From NCBI GenBank assembly GCA_002104905.1, contig MCFE01000080.1:116152-180151 (forward strand): a stretch of DNA of 64,000 bases, written 5' to 3'. Shown here one piece after another: positions 61,691-64,000 of this stretch. The DNA comes from Basidiobolus meristosporus CBS 931.73 (taxonomy: Eukaryota > Fungi > Basidiobolomycota). Positions within the stretch are counted from its first letter, which is position 1. Every line of letters starts with the position of its first letter. Under the pieces are notes generated by a model. The model did not search any database. It worked only from the letters and a program-made list of their open reading frames with translations, and was not told the origin of the DNA. Position numbers and translations under genes: made by a program.

Positions 61691-64000
61691 GGGGAGACAG
61701 TTACCAACAGGTGAAATCTTTATTTCAGTTGAAACAAAGAAGCCAGCGCTACTGTTGTAGCTTTGATACAAGAGTGTGTAGCTGAGGGGAATTTGTAGGT
61801 AAGTTAATAAGAAGTGATGATAGTTCTTCAGTGCTAAGCACACTGTTCAGTGGGAAGGGGGGTAGCAAGAGAGGTAAGAATGACTTGTGAACAACATTAA
61901 TGAGGGGAATGTGATAAGGATTGATATTCATCATAAAAGGAGTGTGCTGCTGCAGATATTGCTGCCAAAGGTCTGCCAAGTACTTCAGGTAGGCCAGCTT
62001 GGGTTTTTCTGACTGCAGAATAAATTCAGCAAACTTCTTGACTTCAGGATCTCCAAGTATAGTTCTCCAGCAGGAGTCAGGTGTAGTGTGGTGTGTTCTC
62101 TTCCAGGCCTTAATCAGTAGGTAGTTGCAGTTGTGAAGTCTGAGGTATAATCTGGTTCTAAGGTAGAGAAGTCTGATCTTATAGGGCATAAACCCAAAAG
62201 CACCAAGAATAGCATGTCTGTAGGGGCATTCAGGCAAATGAGGCACCAAGGAGGTAATGCACCATACTGCAAACTTGTCAAGCTTAGTGCAGTCTCTAGA
62301 AGTAAGAGAGAGAAGTGGTAAGCCAAATTCCAGGACAGGGAAGACAAACTGCTTGAGTAGAAGGAGGCAGCTTGGAGCTGAAGTTGTAGGAGGAGTAACA
62401 GCCAGTAGCTTGTGGAGTGCCTGTCTTGCCAGGATAATTCTCTTCTTCAGGTGTGCTCCAGAGTCTAGTCCAGTAGGAAGGAAAGGAAAGCCAAGATATG
62501 TAGCAGAAACCTGAGCAGGTAGAGTGGAGTTCTCCAAGTTGATGGGAGAGCCCAAAGGTACTGTCTTTGCAATGGAAAGCTGGAGATTATTCTTCTGCAG
62601 ATACTGGTGGATGGTCTGGGAGTCTTGTTGCACATTGGAGGAGGATATTCTGATGTCATCAGCAAAGAGAGTAACCAGGCAGTCAGCTGAGAGTCTTGGG
62701 AAATCATTCAGGAAGATGGCAAACAGTATAGGACCAAGCACAGAGCCTTGAACCACTCCATTAGGAACTGAGAACACAGCTGATTGCTCACTTGGGTGCA
62801 GAATTCTTGCTTGTGGATCCAGAAACAGAGACCTGACAAGGAGGGTGAGAGAGGTACTGGAGAAGCATTGCAACTTGGACCAAAGCAGATTTCTGTCAAC
62901 TGAATCAAAGGCCTTAGTAATATCAAACAGAACAGAGGGATACTTGCACTGGAGAGAGTGATCTTGGCTAAGTATGACTGCATATTCCAAGGAGAGGCCA
63001 GGAACAAAGCCAAACTGTGCAGGATGAAACTTGAGGGAGTCAGAGTAGAGCTCCTGAGCAAGCAGAAGCTCAAACACCTTTCTGCAGGTGGGCAGCAGAG
63101 ATATTGGCCTGTAGGAGCTAGGATCCAGGTGCTTTCCTTTACCCTTGTACAGTGGCAGAACATTTGCAAAGGACCATTCCTCAGGAGTAGAAAGCTGGGC
63201 TGAGCATTGCTGAAACAGTGGAAGCAGAAGTGCAGACATGGCCTTGGTACTAGTCTTCAGAAGCTCATAGGAGATTGTGTCCACACCTGGAGCAGTAGAG
63301 TTGGGAAGCCTCTTGAGCACATTATGGATTCTCCTTTGATCAAGTGCAAGTGGGATGGGCAGAGTCTTGAAGTCAGGATGAAAGCCAGGAGTTGAGTACT
63401 GCTTTGTAGAGAAGAAGATGTTAGCCAGCTGTTCTGTTGAAGGTAACTTCCTGGAAGAGGGCCTCATTGCCCTGTAGAGTCTTGATACTGTTCTTGTTAT
63501 AGAGTTGGAAGATTGCAGAGGCAAGGAACTCATAATATGATCCCAGAGCTGAGTATGCAGAGTGTGGTGAATTGCCTTGGAGTGGTGTATTGCTGTCAGG
63601 AGGAGTTTCTCTGTTTTTGGGTTAGGGAAGCTCAGGTAGCTTTGTTGCAGGGCTGAAACAATGGATTCCCATTTTCTTGAGGTAACAGCAGTAGTCTTGC
63701 ATGGCAGTGAGAGGGAGGCAGACACCAGAATCAGATGCTTCACAAAGAGCCAGGCAAAGTTGAGATCATCTGGCAGAGAAAGTAGCAAACTGGCAAGCTT
63801 CAAGTAGTTCCCAAAGTCTTTCTTCTGATTCTTGGTAGCTTTGTGGGTGAGCACAGTAAGTTTTGGCAGCTTCTTCTTCACAACTGGTTGCATAGAAAGG
63901 GACCAGGCTGGGTGGTCAGAGGCTCTCAAGGATCCTAGCTCAGCTCCAGAGAATTGCCTAACTTCATTCACAAAGTAGAGGGCAGCAGCAGAAGGGCAGA
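61691..64000 (-). mobile_element. Non-LTR retrotransposon copy 2 (continues past the window edge)
   Basis: Same 3' terminus as copy 1; uninterrupted ORF. Confidence 0.96.
61749..64000 (-). CDS. LINE-type ORF: probable end of an AP-endonuclease domain, RT domain and C-terminal extension (5'-partial)
   Basis: Frame is open to the edge (the listed start at 63971 is a GTG). LRASDHPAW resembles the APE SDH motif. APGVDTISYELLK, WSFANVLPLYKGKG, SYRPISLLPTCRKVFE, KAFDSV, QGSVLGP, LFADD. No CCHC or RNase H seen at the C-terminus. Confidence 0.93.
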   Translation of the reverse strand, partial: CPSAAALYFVNEVRQFSGAELGSLRASDHPAWSLSMQPVVKKKLPKLTVLTHKATKNQKKDFGNYLKLASLLLSLPDDLNFAWLFVKHLILVSASLSLPCKTTAVTSRKWESIVSALQQSYLSFPNPKTEKLLLTAIHHSKAIHHTLHTQLWDHIMSSLPLQSSNSITRTVSRLYRAMRPSSRKLPSTEQLANIFFSTKQYSTPGFHPDFKTLPIPLALDQRRIHNVLKRLPNSTAPGVDTISYELLKTSTKAMSALLLPLFQQCSAQLSTPEEWSFANVLPLYKGKGKHLDPSSYRPISLLPTCRKVFELLLAQELYSDSLKFHPAQFGFVPGLSLEYAVILSQDHSLQCKYPSVLFDITKAFDSVDRNLLWSKLQCFSSTSLTLLVRSLFLDPQARILHPSEQSAVFSVPNGVVQGSVLGPILFAIFLNDFPRLSADCLVTLFADDIRISSSNVQQDSQTIHQYLQKNNLQLSIAKTVPLGSPINLENSTLPAQVSATYLGFPFLPTGLDSGAHLKKRIILARQALHKLLAVTPPTTSAPSCLLLLKQFVFPVLEFGLPLLSLTSRDCTKLDKFAVWCITSLVPHLPECPYRHAILGAFGFMPYKIRLLYLRTRLYLRLHNCNYLLIKAWKRTHHTTPDSCWRTILGDPEVKKFAEFILQSEKPKLAYLKYLADLWQQYLQQHTPFMMNINPYHIPLINVVHKSFLPLLLPPFPLNSVLSTEELSSLLINLPTNSPQLHTLVSKLQQ

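Overview
Eukaryotic, almost certainly fungal, genomic DNA with short GT-AG introns; an early-diverging fungus is inferred, not proven. (1) 1-~5.2 kb is a CpG-depleted transposon graveyard with a decayed CACTA/EnSpm transposase and fold-back repeats. (2) ~7-56.6 kb is ordinary gene-rich sequence: GH5 exo-glucanase, two CsbD-like genes, CstF-50, PDK-family kinase, MetAP2, DinB-like protein, transaldolase, Rap1, WC-2-like PAS-GATA factor, DUF4451/Rua1_C protein, B-type cyclin, RPD3, Spo73/Mug65-like, RING E3, TM-SH3, SGNH hydrolase and KRE6. (3) 57-64 kb is almost CpG-free and holds the most striking signal. Three members of one non-LTR retrotransposon family lie on the minus strand with their 5' ends pointing right. 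Two are young (~99% identical), keep uninterrupted reading frames and are stacked head-to-tail, separated by exactly (TTAGGG)4. Each ends in a C-tract rather than poly(A). The first caps a Gypsy element cut off inside RNase H. An old relative shares the 3' hairpin and abuts a degenerate TTAGGG. This looks like a telomere-targeted or telomere-extending LINE alternating with telomerase; whether a chromosome end lies to the right cannot be seen here.
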